DNA of 64,000 nucleotides from the human T2T-CHM13v2.0 reference genome, Homo sapiens: the NCBI RefSeq assembly GCF_009914755.1, contig NC_060932.1; one strand, 5' to 3'. The notes under the pieces are model-generated. The model did no database searches, was not told where the DNA came from, and saw nothing but the letters and a program-made list of their open reading frames with translations. A program made the translations under genes and the position numbers. How positions within the stretch are numbered: position 1 is the first letter of the stretch; the number at the start of each line of letters is the position of its first letter. This document shows positions 1 to 17,962 of the stretch, piece after piece.

Positions 1-456
1 TTAAAAATATGCATTTTTTTCCCACATAAACGAAAATTATACAGGTTTTATACATGGCCTGTTTTAAACAACAGCATTTAATGCTGTTAATACCTTCCAC
101 ATCCATGAACAGTTGTACCTCCCTGTTAATGAGGGATACATAAATTTGAAACTCAGTACAACTAACCTGTTGAAAGACATCTGCAACGCCTCTAATTTCT
201 TTCTTGTTACTGTAATATGCTTATAAGCACCCTTGTACATGTATGCATACATGTGTAAATCTTATTTCTTTTGAATAAATTCATAAAAGTAGAATTATTA
301 GGTCCAATCATAGGGAACTGCCAACGTTTCAACTGTTTTTTACTTACGGTAAAGATGGCAGTCAACAGGGTCACCCAACAAACTGGAGGACGTGAACATA
401 CTCAAGGCTTTTGGTATACTGGCCAATTCATGCATTTTGACAAATCATAGTATTTT

Positions 457-746
457 GTTTTTGTTGAGACAGGGCCTTGCTCTGTCGCCCAGGCTGGAGT
501 GCAGTGGCATGATCTTGGCTCACTGCAACCTTTGCCTCCTGGATTCAAGCTATTCTCCTGCCCCAGCTCCTCAGTAGCTGGGATACAGGTGTGTACCACC
601 ATGCTCTGCTAATCTTTTTATTTTTAGTAGAGACGGAGTTTTGCCATGTTGGCCAAGGCTGGTCTCGAACTCCTGACCTCAGGTGATCCACCCGCCTCGG
701 CCTCCCAAAGTGCTGGGATCACAGGCGTTAGCCACCGCACCCAGAC
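457..746 (-). mobile_element. Alu (S-type), full length
   Basis: Dimeric Alu; target-site duplication (TSD) aatcatagtatttt at 443-456 and 747-760. Confidence 0.95.
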
Positions 747-1032
747 AATCATAGTATTTTCTTTCTTCCTCCCTTCCCTTTTTATGACTTTGGTACCACC
801 TTTAACTTCCTCCAATTACCATTACTTGAGCCTGAAATACTAGCACGGAAAAACAACGACATTGCCAATCACCAATGGGAAAGGAATGTGACCATGACTA
901 TACTTTCTTTTAAAATGTATGTACTTGATAAACTATTACAAAAGGATACACAAAATGAAAGTGATTATTAGAATAGAGATAATTTAAGTAATGTTTTAGA
1001 ATTATTTTTTGAACTTTCTAAAAGTGTGCCAT

Positions 1033-1340
1033 GCCAAGCATGGTGGCTCATGCCTATACTCCCAGCACTTTGGGAGGCCAGGGCGGAAGGACTGCTTCAG
1101 GACAGGAATTTGAGACCAGCTTGGGTGGGTAACATAGCAAGACCCCCATCTCTACAAAAGACTTTTTAAAAATTAGCGAGGCATCATGGCACGCACCTGT
1201 AGTCCCAACTACTCAGGAGGCTGAGGCAGGGCGATTGCTTGAGCCCAGAAGTTCAAGGCTGCAGTGAGGTATAATCATGCCACTACACTCCAGACTGGGC
1301 AACAGAGCAAGACCCTGTCTCTATAAAAATAAAATAAAAT
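1033..1340 (+). mobile_element. Alu (J-type)
   Basis: Dimeric Alu with A-rich tail and J-like 'gagcccagaagttcaaggctgcagtgag'. Confidence 0.92.
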
Positions 1341-2536
1341 TTTTAAAAATATTAAAATGTACCATATAATTTAACAGATTTTTAAAAATTAAAAAGACAA
1401 GAAGAGAAACTGTAGAAATGAATGACAGCAAAGAGTGGGGTGGAGGAGCTGAAAGGCTCTACAGAGTGCACATAGGAAGGAAAAGGCAAGCTATGTACCA
1501 TCCCATAATGTGCAGCTCACACTTGTATGGTGATATGCAAATGGCAAATGCTGAATCCTCTAAGTCTGTTACTGTCTACAGACTGAAATTCAAAATATCA
1601 CTGGGCAATTATATGGCAGACAATTTTATCTCATATAATGAACTTAACAGTCCTATACAATAGTTATTCCATATCTATATTTTAGTATATGAAACAATTA
1701 AGCACAAAGAGACTCAGAGGTACCTAAAATCACAGAGCTATTATATACAGAACAAGCACACGACTGTATTCACTGCATATTCCTTTAAGCGAAATTTCAT
1801 TAACACTTAACTATACTTAGTGAATGCCTTGATCAGAATTTTTTTTAGACCACTCTGACTGGATGGCAGTATCAGGGATAGACTGAATTTTTAATAGGTT
1901 CATTACATTTAGCTTTCTCTTGGGTTTTATAAAGACCGCTGAACTGAATTCTATAGACTACCATAAAATATATCCTATTAGTAAAAGAAAATCTGGGATA
2001 CATTGGTATGTGCAGTACTCACTTTATCATATAGGAAAGTCTTCCAACAAAGAAAAAGTAGGACAACCTAGTAACAGTGTGAACTAGGAACAAAAAAGTT
2101 GCAGACTTTTAGGTTAGCCTAGAAATTATAAAAAGGAGTCACTTAAGCCTGTATTATGCATTCTGGAAATCAATGTTACTAAAGTACCCATGTATTTCCT
2201 CGGTGGGTAGAATTTTTTTTCAAAGAAGTAATACGAGTAGTGACACAGATCACATACCAAGAGAAAAATGCTAAATAAACATGAGTTATTTAAACTCTCT
2301 TGTTATCTCCTTCGCCAAAATATGAAGTTCAACAGATTCCTAAAGGATGAGATGTAATAATACATGAGAACCAGTCTGTAAGATGAAAATTATTTTTGCA
2401 ATGAGTAGGCTTCCAATAAGCTCAGCTGGAATCTAAAAACGCCTTCTTAATCTTTCCATTTTACCAACTTAACTCCCTTTCATATTCAACTCTGTATTAT
2501 CGTAAACCCTCAAAACTTGTCACCAATCCCTTACCT

Positions 2537-2886
2537 CAAGGTTCCCCAAACCCTGGGCCATGGATCAGTACCAGTTAGTAGCCTATTAGGAACCAGGCCA
2601 CACAGCAGGAGGTGAGCTGTGGGCAAGCGAGCATTACCGCCTGAGCTCTGCCTCCTGTCAGATAAGCAGTGGCATAAGATTTTCATAGGAGCGCAAACCC
2701 TGTTGTGAGGTGCACGTGTGAGGGATCTAGGTTGCGCATTCCTTATGAGAACCTAAGGCCTGATGATCTGAGGTCAAACAGTTTCATCCCGAAATCATTC
2801 CCCCACACCCCACCCTGCCACACCCTGTGGCCCTGGTCTGTAGAAAAACTGTCCTCCTCAAAACCAGTCGCTGGTGCCAAAAAGGT
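2537..2886 (+). mobile_element. MER1-type hAT-Charlie DNA transposon
   Basis: caaggttccccaaaccc...ttaggaaccaggccacacagcaggaggtgagc...aaaccagtcgctggtgccaaaaaggt matches MER1A/B. Confidence 0.85.
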
Positions 2887-4284
2887 GTTAGGTAAAGCAG
2901 CAGGCCCCAACCTATCTCCTATGTGACTACTTCTTCACAGACAAGATGAAAACAGACACACCCCCGCCAACAGCTGGAAACTTCCTTAGCTTCCTACTCT
3001 CTCAGCTTGAATCTTTTAAATGGTAACATCTATCATTATCTCACATAGAAAAATATAGAACAACTTACCTTCTTACCTCCTTCTTTTGAATCTAATCCAC
3101 CATTGCTCTTTCATGGCAGTAAGTGCCTAGACTTACATAATAAGCCTTTTTCTTCCTTATTTTCATATTCTGTTTTAGTTCAATCTCTGGGTCCTATCAA
3201 ATCCATCCACTAAATTTGCTTATTATAATATACTTTCACTTTTATTTAATTTCTTGCCAGAATGATTGAAGAGCCTCTAAACATGCTTGCAACCTTTTAA
3301 AAATTCAATCTATCCCTGATACTGCCATCTAATCAGAGTGGTCTCAAAAAAAAAAATTCTGGTTACGGCATTTGCTAACTAACGTTTTTAAATGGCTCCC
3401 AATATCTGCAGGAGAAAACCTAAACCCCTGTTTACATAATGTTTGTGGTCCCTCTCTCACCAAAATGTTATGAACTATTTTAGCTAAGACTGCACCACAT
3501 TTTCTCTCTCCCCTCCGTGTTCTTGTCTAGAAAACACAACTCTTCCTTTTCTACAAAGTTGAAGACTCCTCAAATGATGCTTTTCAGTGGAGCCATCCCA
3601 ATACCAAATCTATACTGGGTCAGCAGACTCTTCTATGCACAGTCACGTCATTTGTGCTTACTAACAGCAAAGGCTCAAACACAAAGCAACTGATGACAGG
3701 AATCCTCCACTAGACAGAAGAATTTAAAGGTGTGGATTATGCGATTTATTTCTGCATTCCCGGTCCAGAATAGTTAGTTAATAAATATTTTTATTAAAGC
3801 AAAAAAAATTACCAAGTACATTTAATGACAAAATTATATGTACAAATGTCTTTCTGATGTTTATTAGCATTTTTGGCATTTTACCTTACATGTATTTATT
3901 GTCTATCTAATGCCTTACGGGGTAAAAAGCAAAGCAGATCAATTTTATATGGGTATAGTTGGCTCTGCAACAATCTCTACCTATGACAAATTCATTGCTA
4001 TTCAGGCATAATAATTGTATTTAAATTAAAGCTCAAGAAATGATTGTAGACCTACTGTCTCCATATAATAGAAGTTATCTTTTAAGATTTGCTCAAGTAT
4101 ACAAAAGCTCACAAAGAACAAAAAAATTAATAATTTCTTATTGGTTAAAAGATTCTTATTGCCATTCAGCAACAAATTTCTATTCCTCCAAACGTGAGCT
4201 TTAATCAAATTTGAAAATAAAAATATGCAATAAATAGGATTCAAAGAAACAAACAAAAAAGTATATGAAAGCAGTCTCTAATAC

Positions 4285-4372
4285 CTGTTGATAGAAGAAA
4301 TTCAAAGTTGGCTTATCTTCAGTAAACTGGTTTAGAAATCCTTTTGGCAAATAACGAATTCTCAATTCATAT
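4285..4372 (-). CDS. PTK2: PTK2 third coding exon (88 nt), FERM F1/F2 boundary
   Basis: Translates to (K)[29 protein letters not shown]. Acceptor atttttag|ATAT, donor CAG|gtatta; completes the split Lys codon AA|A and ends at codon 150. Confidence 0.98.
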
Positions 4373-4479
4373 CTAAAAATAATTCACAAAACAGAACAAT
4401 TAGAAATCAGTCATTTTCTCAATTTACAGTCTACAATTATAATATTGTGAGTATAGCATTCCTAATTACTCTGAAAGAT

Positions 4480-5480
<1,001 letters not shown>

Positions 5481-5764
5481 AATGGTATTTTTTTTTAACC
5501 ACTCAATAAAATTTCAATGCAATCTTTTGAGGAAGCAAAGTTTGGTACACATACGCAAGTTCTGCTAAGACTTATAAATGTCCATCTTATTAAAATACAA
5601 AATTGCCAAACAATTCGGTTTCATTTCACTTTTACTCTCAGACAGAGTTCAATAACTTACTGTAGATATTCTACATTGGGTTATTATGTAAGTATAACAG
5701 ATTTCATTTATTTTCAACTTAGGATTTACCAGGCACGTAACTACTTTATGTGAACTATTTCTCT

Positions 5765-6063
5765 CTCTTTTTTTGAGACAGGGTCTGGCTTTGTTGCCCA
5801 GGCTGCAGTGCAGTGGCACAATCTCGGCTCACTGCAACCTCCGCCTCCCCGGGCTCAAGCGATCCTCCCACCTCAGCCTCTCAAGTAGCTGGGGCTACAG
5901 ACACCTGCCACCATGGCTGGCTAACTTTTGTATTTTTAGTAGGGCTGGGGTTTTGCCATGTTGCCCAGTCTGGTCTCGAACTCCTGAGTCAGTTCAACAA
6001 ATCCGCCTGCCTTGGCCTCCCGAAGTGCTGAGATTACAGGCGTGTGAGCCACCACATCTGGCC
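5765..6063 (-). mobile_element. Alu
   Basis: Dimeric antisense Alu flanked by actatttctct repeats (TSD). Confidence 0.93.
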
Positions 6064-6339
6064 TGGGCACTATTTCTCTTAATCAATTTAATAATCAGAG
6101 GAGAAAGGTATAATTATTCGCATTCTGCAGACTAAAAAAAAATGCTCAGCAAAAAGTTATCAGTTCCAGTCAACGATTCAAACAGGTCCAAGGAGGCTTT
6201 TGGTATTAATGGGACTCCCATTTTATTTATTTATTTTTTTGGTTGGGGGAAGCTCCCATATTAAAGATAAGGAAAAAGGTTCAACATGAAACAATGGGCA
6301 GCCTGGCTCCACATCCATTCTCTTAACATCCAGCATTCT

Positions 6340-7400
6340 GATGCTGCTGGTGATCATCAACTAACATTTTCTGTCCATTTAGTGTATGACAGGAATTGTG
6401 ACGAGCATTTTACAGAGATGATTTCTTTTTAGAGAAGCATAAGGAACATGGGCTCTAGATAAAGATCACCTATGCCTGAATTTGGGCCATGCCACTTATT
6501 CACTGTCAGCTATCACTTCTCTGTGCCTCAATTTCCTTATAAGGATGTTACAAGAAATAAATGAGTCAGTAAACACAAAACACCCAGAACAGTCACTGGC
6601 ATATCATAATAAATGGTTTCTAAGGTTTATTGTTAGTGATAACTCGATAACTGTTTATTCCAGCACAGATCATGTCTCAGGTACAGTTGGAGTGGTTGGA
6701 AATTCAACAGTGAATAACAGGCAAAGTGCTAACTCCCAAAAAGTTTGCATTTTTGTGGCAGAAGTCAGACAGCAAATACACAAATATATGTGAGATGGCA
6801 GTCAATGTCATAAAAACAAATCAAAGGGGAATAACAAATGATTAAGTATTATTTTTATAAAGGGTAGTCAATGATGGACACTCTGATATGATGATATCTG
6901 AACAAAGATCTAAATAAAGGAGATGAGGAAGGGAGTTATACAGTTATATGCAGAGAAAAAGTGTTCTAGTCAGGTGGAACAGACTATGAAAAGGCCCTGC
7001 AGCTGGAGGATGCTTGGGAAGGCAAGTGTAGCTGGGGCAGGCTGCATGAGGGCAGTGAGTAGAAATGAAGCTTCACACAGACCCTTACCAAGTCATGATA
7101 GTCGGGTTCTTTCTCAATGAGAAAGCAAGTCAATGGCATGCTGTGCACAGAGAAATGACATCACAGGGTTTTCATTTTTCATGATTAGGGTATACACCAT
7201 GCAGAAGAGACAATGGGGACCAAAGGAAGAAGGAGGGAGACTAGGAGGAGACAGCAAGATTCTGGGTGAGAAATAATAGCCAGGTTAATATTCACCTTAT
7301 GTTCACAGATTGGCAAGAGAATTTTAGGGAATTACATAATCTTCCCTAGATCCCACAGCTATTTAGAGGTAGGCATGGGATTCCTCTCCAGCAAGAACAT
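6340..7400. mobile_element. MIR and L2 fragments
   Basis: MIR core 'cttctctgtgcctcaatttcc' at ~6516, followed by L2-like purine-rich sequence. Confidence 0.55.
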
Positions 7401-7527
7401 GCATGAATATTTAAAGGCACAATGATACGAAGAAAAGGCACCTATGTCTTAAAAACAGAAAAGAACTTAACTCAAGCCTGCTTATGTGAAGTTAGACAAG
7501 GCCTTTAGATCATGTTAAGAATTTTGG

Positions 7528-7731
7528 TGGGAGCTAAACAATGAGAACACATCCACATAAAGCAGGAATTAAGACACTGGGGACTAACAAGAGTGGTGGA
7601 TGGGAGGAGGGAGAGGATCAGAAAAATACCTGGTTGATGAAATAATCTGTAAACCAAACCCCTGTGACACGTAGTTTACCTATGTAACAAATCTGCCCAT
7701 GTACCCTTGAACCTAAAACGAAAGTTAAAAA
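7528..7731 (+). mobile_element. L1P 3' UTR end fragment
   Basis: gggagctaaacaatgagaacac...cctatgtaacaaatctgcccatgtacccttgaacctaaaa is the primate L1 3' terminus. Confidence 0.85.
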
Positions 7732-8329
7732 GAACTTTGTTCCCTGCTTCAACACACTACAGTCTAGCATATTTCACACAAAACTCTACTGAAACTTTCC
7801 TCAGTCCTTAAACTGCAATGCCTGACACCATGTTCTCGTGCCCCACTAGAGCTGACATCCCCACTCTGCTCTTACACGAAACTCGTCAGTTTCTTTACAT
7901 GTCTGTTTGCCATTTTAAGAGTCTAGTTGCATCCTGATACATATTTCCACTTCCCTGCTATACGCCTCTCCATGGATTCCCAACAGCAGCTAAATACTAT
8001 GCCCCAAATAAAATCATTCTTTCGTTCCTACTCTTAGGCAATATATTCCTATTCATGCCATTGTCATCCAGCTTCCTCAGTCTTACCACCAAATATGAGC
8101 ACTAAGACACCCAAAAGTAACCAACTGAGGATAAGGAGGGAGAGGGTATGTTTTTGAAAAGCTGAGCTAGATTAAGAATATGATAGTCCTGATACTGAGA
8201 AGGGTTAGCTAGCTAGTCCGTGTTTAGTGAAGTAAACAAAGCATTAACTTCACACAACACAGATGCCCTCATAAAAAAAATGTGGTGTGAACAGTCTGTT
8301 CTTACAATAGACTTCCAATTTTTTTAAAA

Positions 8330-9040
8330 AAGGGAAGAATGGAAATAGAAATTTATCATTTAGCAAAAATTACAGTAATAATCACTGCAAGACAGAATCA
8401 TCAATGAATGCTAAGATCAGTGGGTGAAAGTGAGAAACAGAATGTTGCAGTATCTATGTATCTTCCCAGAAGATATTTCTTAATTATAAAGGGGAAACAG
8501 TAACCTTGTAGTGGAGAAACCTGGCTTCCATTACCTTAACCAAATGATCCAAGTTAGAACCACCTGTAAATTAAGTTGTGCCATCATTATGGACTTCCTG
8601 ATACAATGCAATGAGAAAGGTATGACATCTTGACTGCAGCCGTTTTGCCAAAAACGCAAAACCTTAATCATAAAAACAATACCAAACTCAAATTGAAGAA
8701 CACAATACAAATAACCAGTGAGTATTCTTCAAAAATGTAAAGGTCATAATGACACAGATTAAGGAACTGTCTCAGATTAGAGAAGACTTAAGGAGACATG
8801 ACCGTAATGTGGTATTCTGAATTGATCCTCAACCAGAAAAGGAACGGTAAGTGGAATAATTGGGAAATGTGAATAAGTCATATAGATTTGTTACTAGGAC
8901 TGTATCAATGTTAATCTCCTGGTTTTACTAGCTATATTATATAAGATTTTAATATTTAGGGAAACTGGCTGAAGGGTACACAGGATTTCTGTGTACTATT
9001 TTGCAACTTTTGATATTATATTGAGAATTTTTAAATTCCC
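8330..9040 (+). mobile_element. L1MC/ME-type 3' UTR fragment
   Basis: gtggagaaacctggc, agaagacttaaggagacatgac and tgtactattttgcaactttt are typical old L1M 3' ends. Confidence 0.7.
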
Positions 9041-10846
9041 ACATATACAAGACTGACCCTTTTGTAGCTGTGGTGACAAACACCCGCCCCCGCCCCCCCA
9101 ACCCATACACACACAAAACCAGTTTTAAATCAGCTTGGTCAATAAATATGAGTTGTACAGCCACAGACCCACTTGAAACTAATTTTAAAGCGCCTGATAT
9201 CTTGCCTCAATGAACACGCATCTGCAAGTCAACTAACTGACTGGCAGCTTCTTCTTTAATTTAGCCAAACAGGAACTAACTCTAAAGAACATGCTTCTAA
9301 AGATGAACAGTCTAACTTGGGTAACCATACATCTAAAATTGATGCCAACCCATTTCCACCTCTGAAAGTTGGCCAGCTTCTCAACTTCATACTTCCAAAA
9401 ACCTTGTATAGAATCAGTAGTGTGTTCTGCTCAGGGAGACTGTGACTGATCAGCACAGCTTTCCCTTAACAGCATCATAAAGCCACTTTTTTCTGATTCA
9501 GATAATGAATGATCACGATGTCAGACTTGGACAATACATAAGTAGTAAAACCTTTTTTTTTTAAGCAAAAAAATGATTATGACAAAAGTCAGGATATCAG
9601 TTACCTCCGGAAGCAAAGAATAGAGAATGAAATTGGGAATGGGCACACCTCTAATTTAATGGGCTACAATTCATCAATTCATACACAAAGACAATAAATA
9701 TGTTGCTGATAGGAAACACATAAACAAAGAAAGAGGGGCACTAGGTACTGGTAACAGAAAGAATAGATGAAGATATTATAATCATGAACTTATATGTACT
9801 TAACAACATAGCCTTAAAATCATAAAGAATCACAAGACAGAATTACTAAAAAAAAAAAGTAAATCGACAATTACAGTTGAATACTTTCTTTGAGATGAGC
9901 ATGTAGCAAAACATATATATGTGTATAATATATACAATTAAATACATTAAATGTCACTTTTCAAGCAAAGTATGAACAATATAATCTTCAAATAACATGA
10001 CGATAAGCTTGAAAAAATGTACACAAACACACCCGCCCTCTTTATAATAACAGAACATACCTTCTTTTCAAAAGGAATGAAAACATCAACTAAGTACTAA
10101 GGCACAAAGAATCATCTCAACATAGTTAAAAAAAGTCAACACCATAAAATTGTTATGCTTCCTATAATGCAACAAAATAAAATCAATAACCAATAATCTT
10201 TTCTTTTATAAGCACATATGGCAGAAACCTAAACAATACACTTAATCACCCCTTGGTTTCTTCCAAAAATCTTGAAACAAATATCAAAACACTGATTGAT
10301 AATAAAACACTATCTAACAAAGTTGTGAGACATAGACACAACTAAAATGACCATTTATAGTAAAATACATTTATCAGTAAACATGAATGAATGAAAACAA
10401 GTGAGCTAAGTGCTCAATTTAGAAATAAGTGGTAAACAGAAATAATAAAATATAACCCACATAATAGCAATATATTATAGAGTAAGAATTAACTTAGTAA
10501 AGATGACACAAAGGCTTTGCAGAGAAGACATCAGAAGGCATCAAAGACAATGGACACAGATGTCACGGACAAAATCCAGATGAGGGGAAACCTGTAGGAC
10601 AAGCAACACAGCTTCCTTAACAAACTGCAAGCAAAGGGGAGAAACTGGATATAAAGATGTTATAGATTACAAAGACTTAAAAGACAAAGGGCACACCTAA
10701 TTTGGATCCTAATTCAAATAATTTATCTTTAAAAATTTTGTCATGATATTTAATAAACAAGTTAAAATTTGAATACTAATGGGATAGTTTATGAAATTAA
10801 GAATAATTTTTGGAGATTTTTAACAACTTTTGGTTATATTTTAGAG

Positions 10847-11045
10847 CAGTAGTTCTGAACCTTGGGAGATTCTGCCCCCTTCCTGTTTCCCCTAGGGGAC
10901 AACTGGCAGTAACTGGACACATTTTTGCCTGTTACAACTGAAGAGGGTGGGGTGGTGGGCTCCTATCATTTAGTGGGTAGAAGCCATACAACATATACAA
11001 AAGCTCCCTACAACAAAGAATTATTTGGCCAAAATGTTAATCCTG
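10847..11045 (+). mobile_element. MER20 hAT-Charlie element
   Basis: cagtagttctgaacc...ggggacaactggcagtaactggacacatttttg...acaacaaagaattatttggccaaaatg. Confidence 0.8.
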
Positions 11046-11059
11046 ATTAAAATTAAAAA

Positions 11060-11490
11060 CAACAAAGAAAAGCATGCTGTCATGTTATGGACAGACCATT
11101 TTGAAGTCTAAACTATTTCCATCAATTTATAACTTTGTCACCAAAAAGGAGTGGATGCACTGCTCATAAAAAATCTGAAAACAAAATTTTCTAACATTTC
11201 AAAATTTCTCCACTAAATAAAAAAATCTGATGTTAAAATATGAAAATATATTTCAAAATCAATTATACTGAAAGGAATGATCATGGAATATGGAAATTTA
11301 TTGACCAAATTTCAACAAATGTTTACATAATTGGTGACTGGCAATGAAAAATCAGTATCATGATTAAGCACACAAAGATACTGGTACCCCTTCTATTTAA
11401 TTATGCATATCTTTGTCAAGAATACTTTTAGCTATGACAACCATTAAAAGCAATAACAAAATAAAACCTGAAATAAGACCTTTGAATCAG
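11060..11490 (+). mobile_element. Charlie (hAT) transposase C-terminal remnant
   Basis: Decayed ILVPLLFNYAYLCQE..AMTTIKSNNK resembles the hAT dimerisation motif LLPFxSTYLCExxFSxMxxIK. Confidence 0.55.
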
Positions 11491-11493
11491 AAG

Positions 11494-11860
11494 TGGGGCA
11501 TGGTGGCTCATGCCTGTAATCTCAGTACTTTAGGAGACAAAGGCAGGAGGACTGCTTCAGCCCAGGAGCTTGAGATCAGCCTGGGTAACATATCAAGACC
11601 TTGTCTCTACTAAAATAAAATAAAATCAGCCAACCGTGATGGCATGCGCCTATGATCCCAGTACACAATGAGACCTTGTCTGTACAAACAAATTATTTTA
11701 AAAATTAGTTGAGTGTGATGGCAAACACCTCTAGTCCTAGGTAACTGGGAGGCTAAGAAAGGAGGACTACTTGAACCCAGGAGTTTAAGGCTACAGCGAG
11801 CTATGATCATACCACTGCACTCCAGCCTGTTTAACAAGGCAAGACCTTGTCTCAAAACAA
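11494..11860 (+). mobile_element. Composite AluJ (central region present twice)
   Basis: Left arm and start of right arm, then a second 'agaccttgtct...aaaattag' linker and a full right arm. Confidence 0.8.
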
Positions 11861-11901
11861 CTATTTAACCAAGATTTTCTTTAAAAAAATAAACCATACT
11901 A

Positions 11902-12332
<431 letters not shown>

Positions 12333-12699
12333 TAAATTTTCTACTTTTATGTATACTTTATAGCCTACATTATACAATCAATATGTTGACCATAAGTGAA
12401 TAAATACAAAATTGATTAAACATTTTTGCCTGACTCAAGCTCCTAACAAATACTACCTACTTAACTGGGCTCTCCCAGCATCCTAGAAACAGGTAAGCTC
12501 CCACCTGCCCCTGGACTGACTGGGGAAGCGCTGGGGACAGGCTGGGGTGCACATGCACACTTCAGGAGTGATTTTCAAACTCAGCCTCAGACCCTAATGG
12601 TCAACAGAAGTTCCCCTGGAGCCTGTGGGGATTGGGAAGAGCTGGTGGCTACCCCTGCCACGGCTCTGGGCCTTCCAGTGACTTCTGAAGGAATTTACC

Positions 12700-14100
<1,401 letters not shown>

Positions 14101-16862
14101 AATCCAGCTCTTCCTTTCTCCCAGTGACATGTCATGACAAAGAGCTCTCTAAGGTCATCCTGCCTGAGACAGTTATGACCAAATACGTGTGCTGCAAGCT
14201 AGCTTACCAAGCTGTTTGAAGAGTGAAGACCAAGTGAACAAGTCTGTATTTCAGGTTTATTCAACAGTATGAATAGACTCTATAGCAGATAGCACAAAAG
14301 AACAAGCTATGTCCAAAAACGTCATGGAAATCAAAATTTATACCCAATTATATTGCTGAGTCCTAGCACTTTCATTTGACTAGAGATCTTACTTCTCAGA
14401 ATTAAAGCCAGAACTGCAGCTGCCCTCACATACCCACCTATGAACTTAGATGTCTGCAGGTGACAGAAAAAAATTTGTCATGTTCAGCTTCTTGTATTTA
14501 CATATCTAATACAGGAGTAGAGAAGAAACAGCTGAGTGTTTGGATTCAATTTCTAGTATACCACCCATTTAAGCCATATGATCTCCAGGAAAAGTTATTA
14601 AGCCTTTCCAAAGTATGGCTTTCTCACAAGCAAAATGGCAAAAAGAGAGTACCTACATGATAAGACTATCATAATAGAAATTAATTTTGATGAACTACAT
14701 CAAATGTCTGACACACAGTAAACAACATGTGTTAATATGGTAATACTGTTATTAACTTAAGCTAATATTGTTTGGTTCCTAGCTGAAAACAAGTTTCTAA
14801 ACCATCAAATTACTTTGCTTCTGGGCTTCTTTTACACATGCATTATCAATATATTATTTAGTCAGTTTTCATTCAAATATTGCTTATTGGGTGCCTATTG
14901 TATACCAGGCATGACTAGAACCAGGAATAGAGGAGTGAAGAAAACAAAGTCCCTGAGAAAGATAAACAACACATATATAATATCAGTCTTCAGAGGTCTG
15001 TAAAAAATTAACAGAGTATATGAGCTGATGAAAAATCACAAGGAGCTTCAGGTAGGCAGTGGGCTCTTTAGGTAGCCAGTAGGAGACCACAGGAAAGCAG
15101 TAACATTCAAGCACATTCCTGGAATGAGGAGGTCCAAGCCATGCCTAGAAAAGGCAGAACATACTCAGCAGAGTCACACCAAGTTCAAAGGCCCCAATAA
15201 GAAAGCCAGGGAGCTAGAGTTGAGAAAGTGAAAAGTTGTAAACGATAAAGGAAAAAAGGGAGGTGAGACAAAGAAAGCGTTAATTAAGATGAAGGGCCAT
15301 ATTATTCAACAATTAAAAAGTCTGGCAATAGAGAAGAAACCATCACATCAGATCCCAACTTGAGTATTTATGGAAAGAACTCTAAAATATATTAAAGAAT
15401 TTAATGGAAGGAAAACTGAAATCAAAAGGACTGATGTCACCAGAGTGGAGGAGGAAGAGGAAGAGCAGAAGGAGATAAGGACTGTGAGGTCATCAGAAAC
15501 TCCAGAGTTTGCTCTGAGTGTGATGAGAAGCTACTGGAAGTTTCTGAGCCCAAATGATTTATAAATATAATTGGATGGCTTACATTCTAAGAGATACATC
15601 AGCAAATCCCATCAGCTCCCTCCTTAAAAATACAATCCTGTACAACTGTTTCTCACAACTTCTATTATTATTCCCCTACTGCACCATCTTTTAGGATTTT
15701 TGCCTGGGTTATTCCACTAATTTGTTTCTCAGTTTCCCTGCCTCCATCCAATCAAATGTATGATTTAATGCCCAAGGCAGGTGTAGGGAGACTAGAAAGA
15801 GAAGAAAACAGGTTACTGGAGCACCCTAACATTTAAAGGCCAAACAGTTCAGAAAGGCTATGAATGGTCAATGAAGGAAAACCAAAGCAGTTTGGTATCC
15901 AGAAAGCTAAGTAAGGAATATTTATTAAATTCTTGGTGATAATAGCTTGTATTGTAATTGCCTTCTATATCCCTAATGATGCTTTAAAAGATGTTTAAAA
16001 TTTTTTTCATACGATATTAACAGGGTATAATCCTTTTCCCCTTGGTTACTATTTGTCTGATATACTTTGTTCCCTTTCTGCTTATGTTTTATGTGTGCGT
16101 TCTTCAAATTAAAAATCAGTTACTATCTTGTTTCATGGGGCCAATGCATATTTAGATCTACCCAATTTTTTCCATCTTGCATCCGAGACCCTCCCCTTCA
16201 GAGATGATTTTCGTTTTTCCTAAGGTGTTTTTGTAAGAGGTTCCTTTGGTGGCAAATCCTCTAAGGAAAATGTCTTTATCTCACCCTTTTCTTGAATGGC
16301 AATTTAACTGGGCAAACAAAAACAGGTTGCCAGCTACTTTCCTCACTACTTTGAACATATTATCCCACTATTTTCTTGGCATCTATTATTGTTGTTGAAA
16401 AGTCTGAATTTTTCTCTGGGTGTCATCCTGTCTTGTTCTCTGGTACAACAATATTTTACTATTAATACAATCTGCCAATGCATCAGTTTAGTTTTATTGA
16501 CTCTATTTGGGATTTTATGTTAATCCTGTATTTGAAGGCTCATGTCATTCATTGATTATAAAATATTCTCAACCATTATCTCTTGGGATTATCTCCTCCT
16601 CTTCTCCATTCTTTTTTATTCTATTCTTCTTGAGTTTCTGTTAGAAATGGGTTGACATCATTCTTCATGTTACATAGACTTGCATTCACATTTTCCATCT
16701 TTTCATCTCTCCGTGGTATGTTCTGGAAAATTTTTTCTCTTGTTTACTAATTTTTCAGCTATGTCTAATCTGCTATTTTATCAATCCTGTGATTTCTACA
16801 ACTTCTATTTGGACTATCCAAATTCTCTTGGTTATTTTTGATAGTCTCCTTTTCCTTACTGA

Positions 16863-17309
<447 letters not shown>

Positions 17310-17962
17310 AACTTTCACTAATCTTAAAAGCCTAGCTACATTTTCAGAGTATTTAAGACAACATTATTCCCATATTGAGATAGGCAATCTAATTTTTAAA
17401 ACCTGTACTATGAAGCCAGACAGCTAAGTTCGAATCAAAGCTGTGTCACAAACTATGTAACTACAAGTTTATCAATTTTGTTTTCATGTGTAAAATAAGA
17501 ACGATAGTCTCTAACTCCTAGGGTTTGGGGACAGTTAAATGAAATGTATATTTAAGTTATCTGGTGTAAGCAGCATACAGATGGCAGAGTCCCTGGCTCA
17601 GCCACTTATGACGACAAGGCATCAATGTCATCATCATCATCATCATTAGTATTATTATGAGCAGTAGTATCCCGATCACCCTTTCATCTAGTAGGGTCAA
17701 TCTGTGAGAAATTCTATATAACCCCACCTAAATTTTTCTTCCTTTTGAGGATTCAAGACCCAGTCAGTAAAGCAGTGCCTATTCAATTTTACTTGAAACA
17801 AAGTAAATAAATTGGCTTAAAAGAACAACAACAATCTACTAAGAGATTTAGATTCAATGACCATTTTATTGAGCACTAAGGATTTCATTATAACAAAGTC
17901 TGCATCTGACATGTCCATATAAACCAAGATAATAGACTTGTGTTAAATAAAAGTACCTTGAC

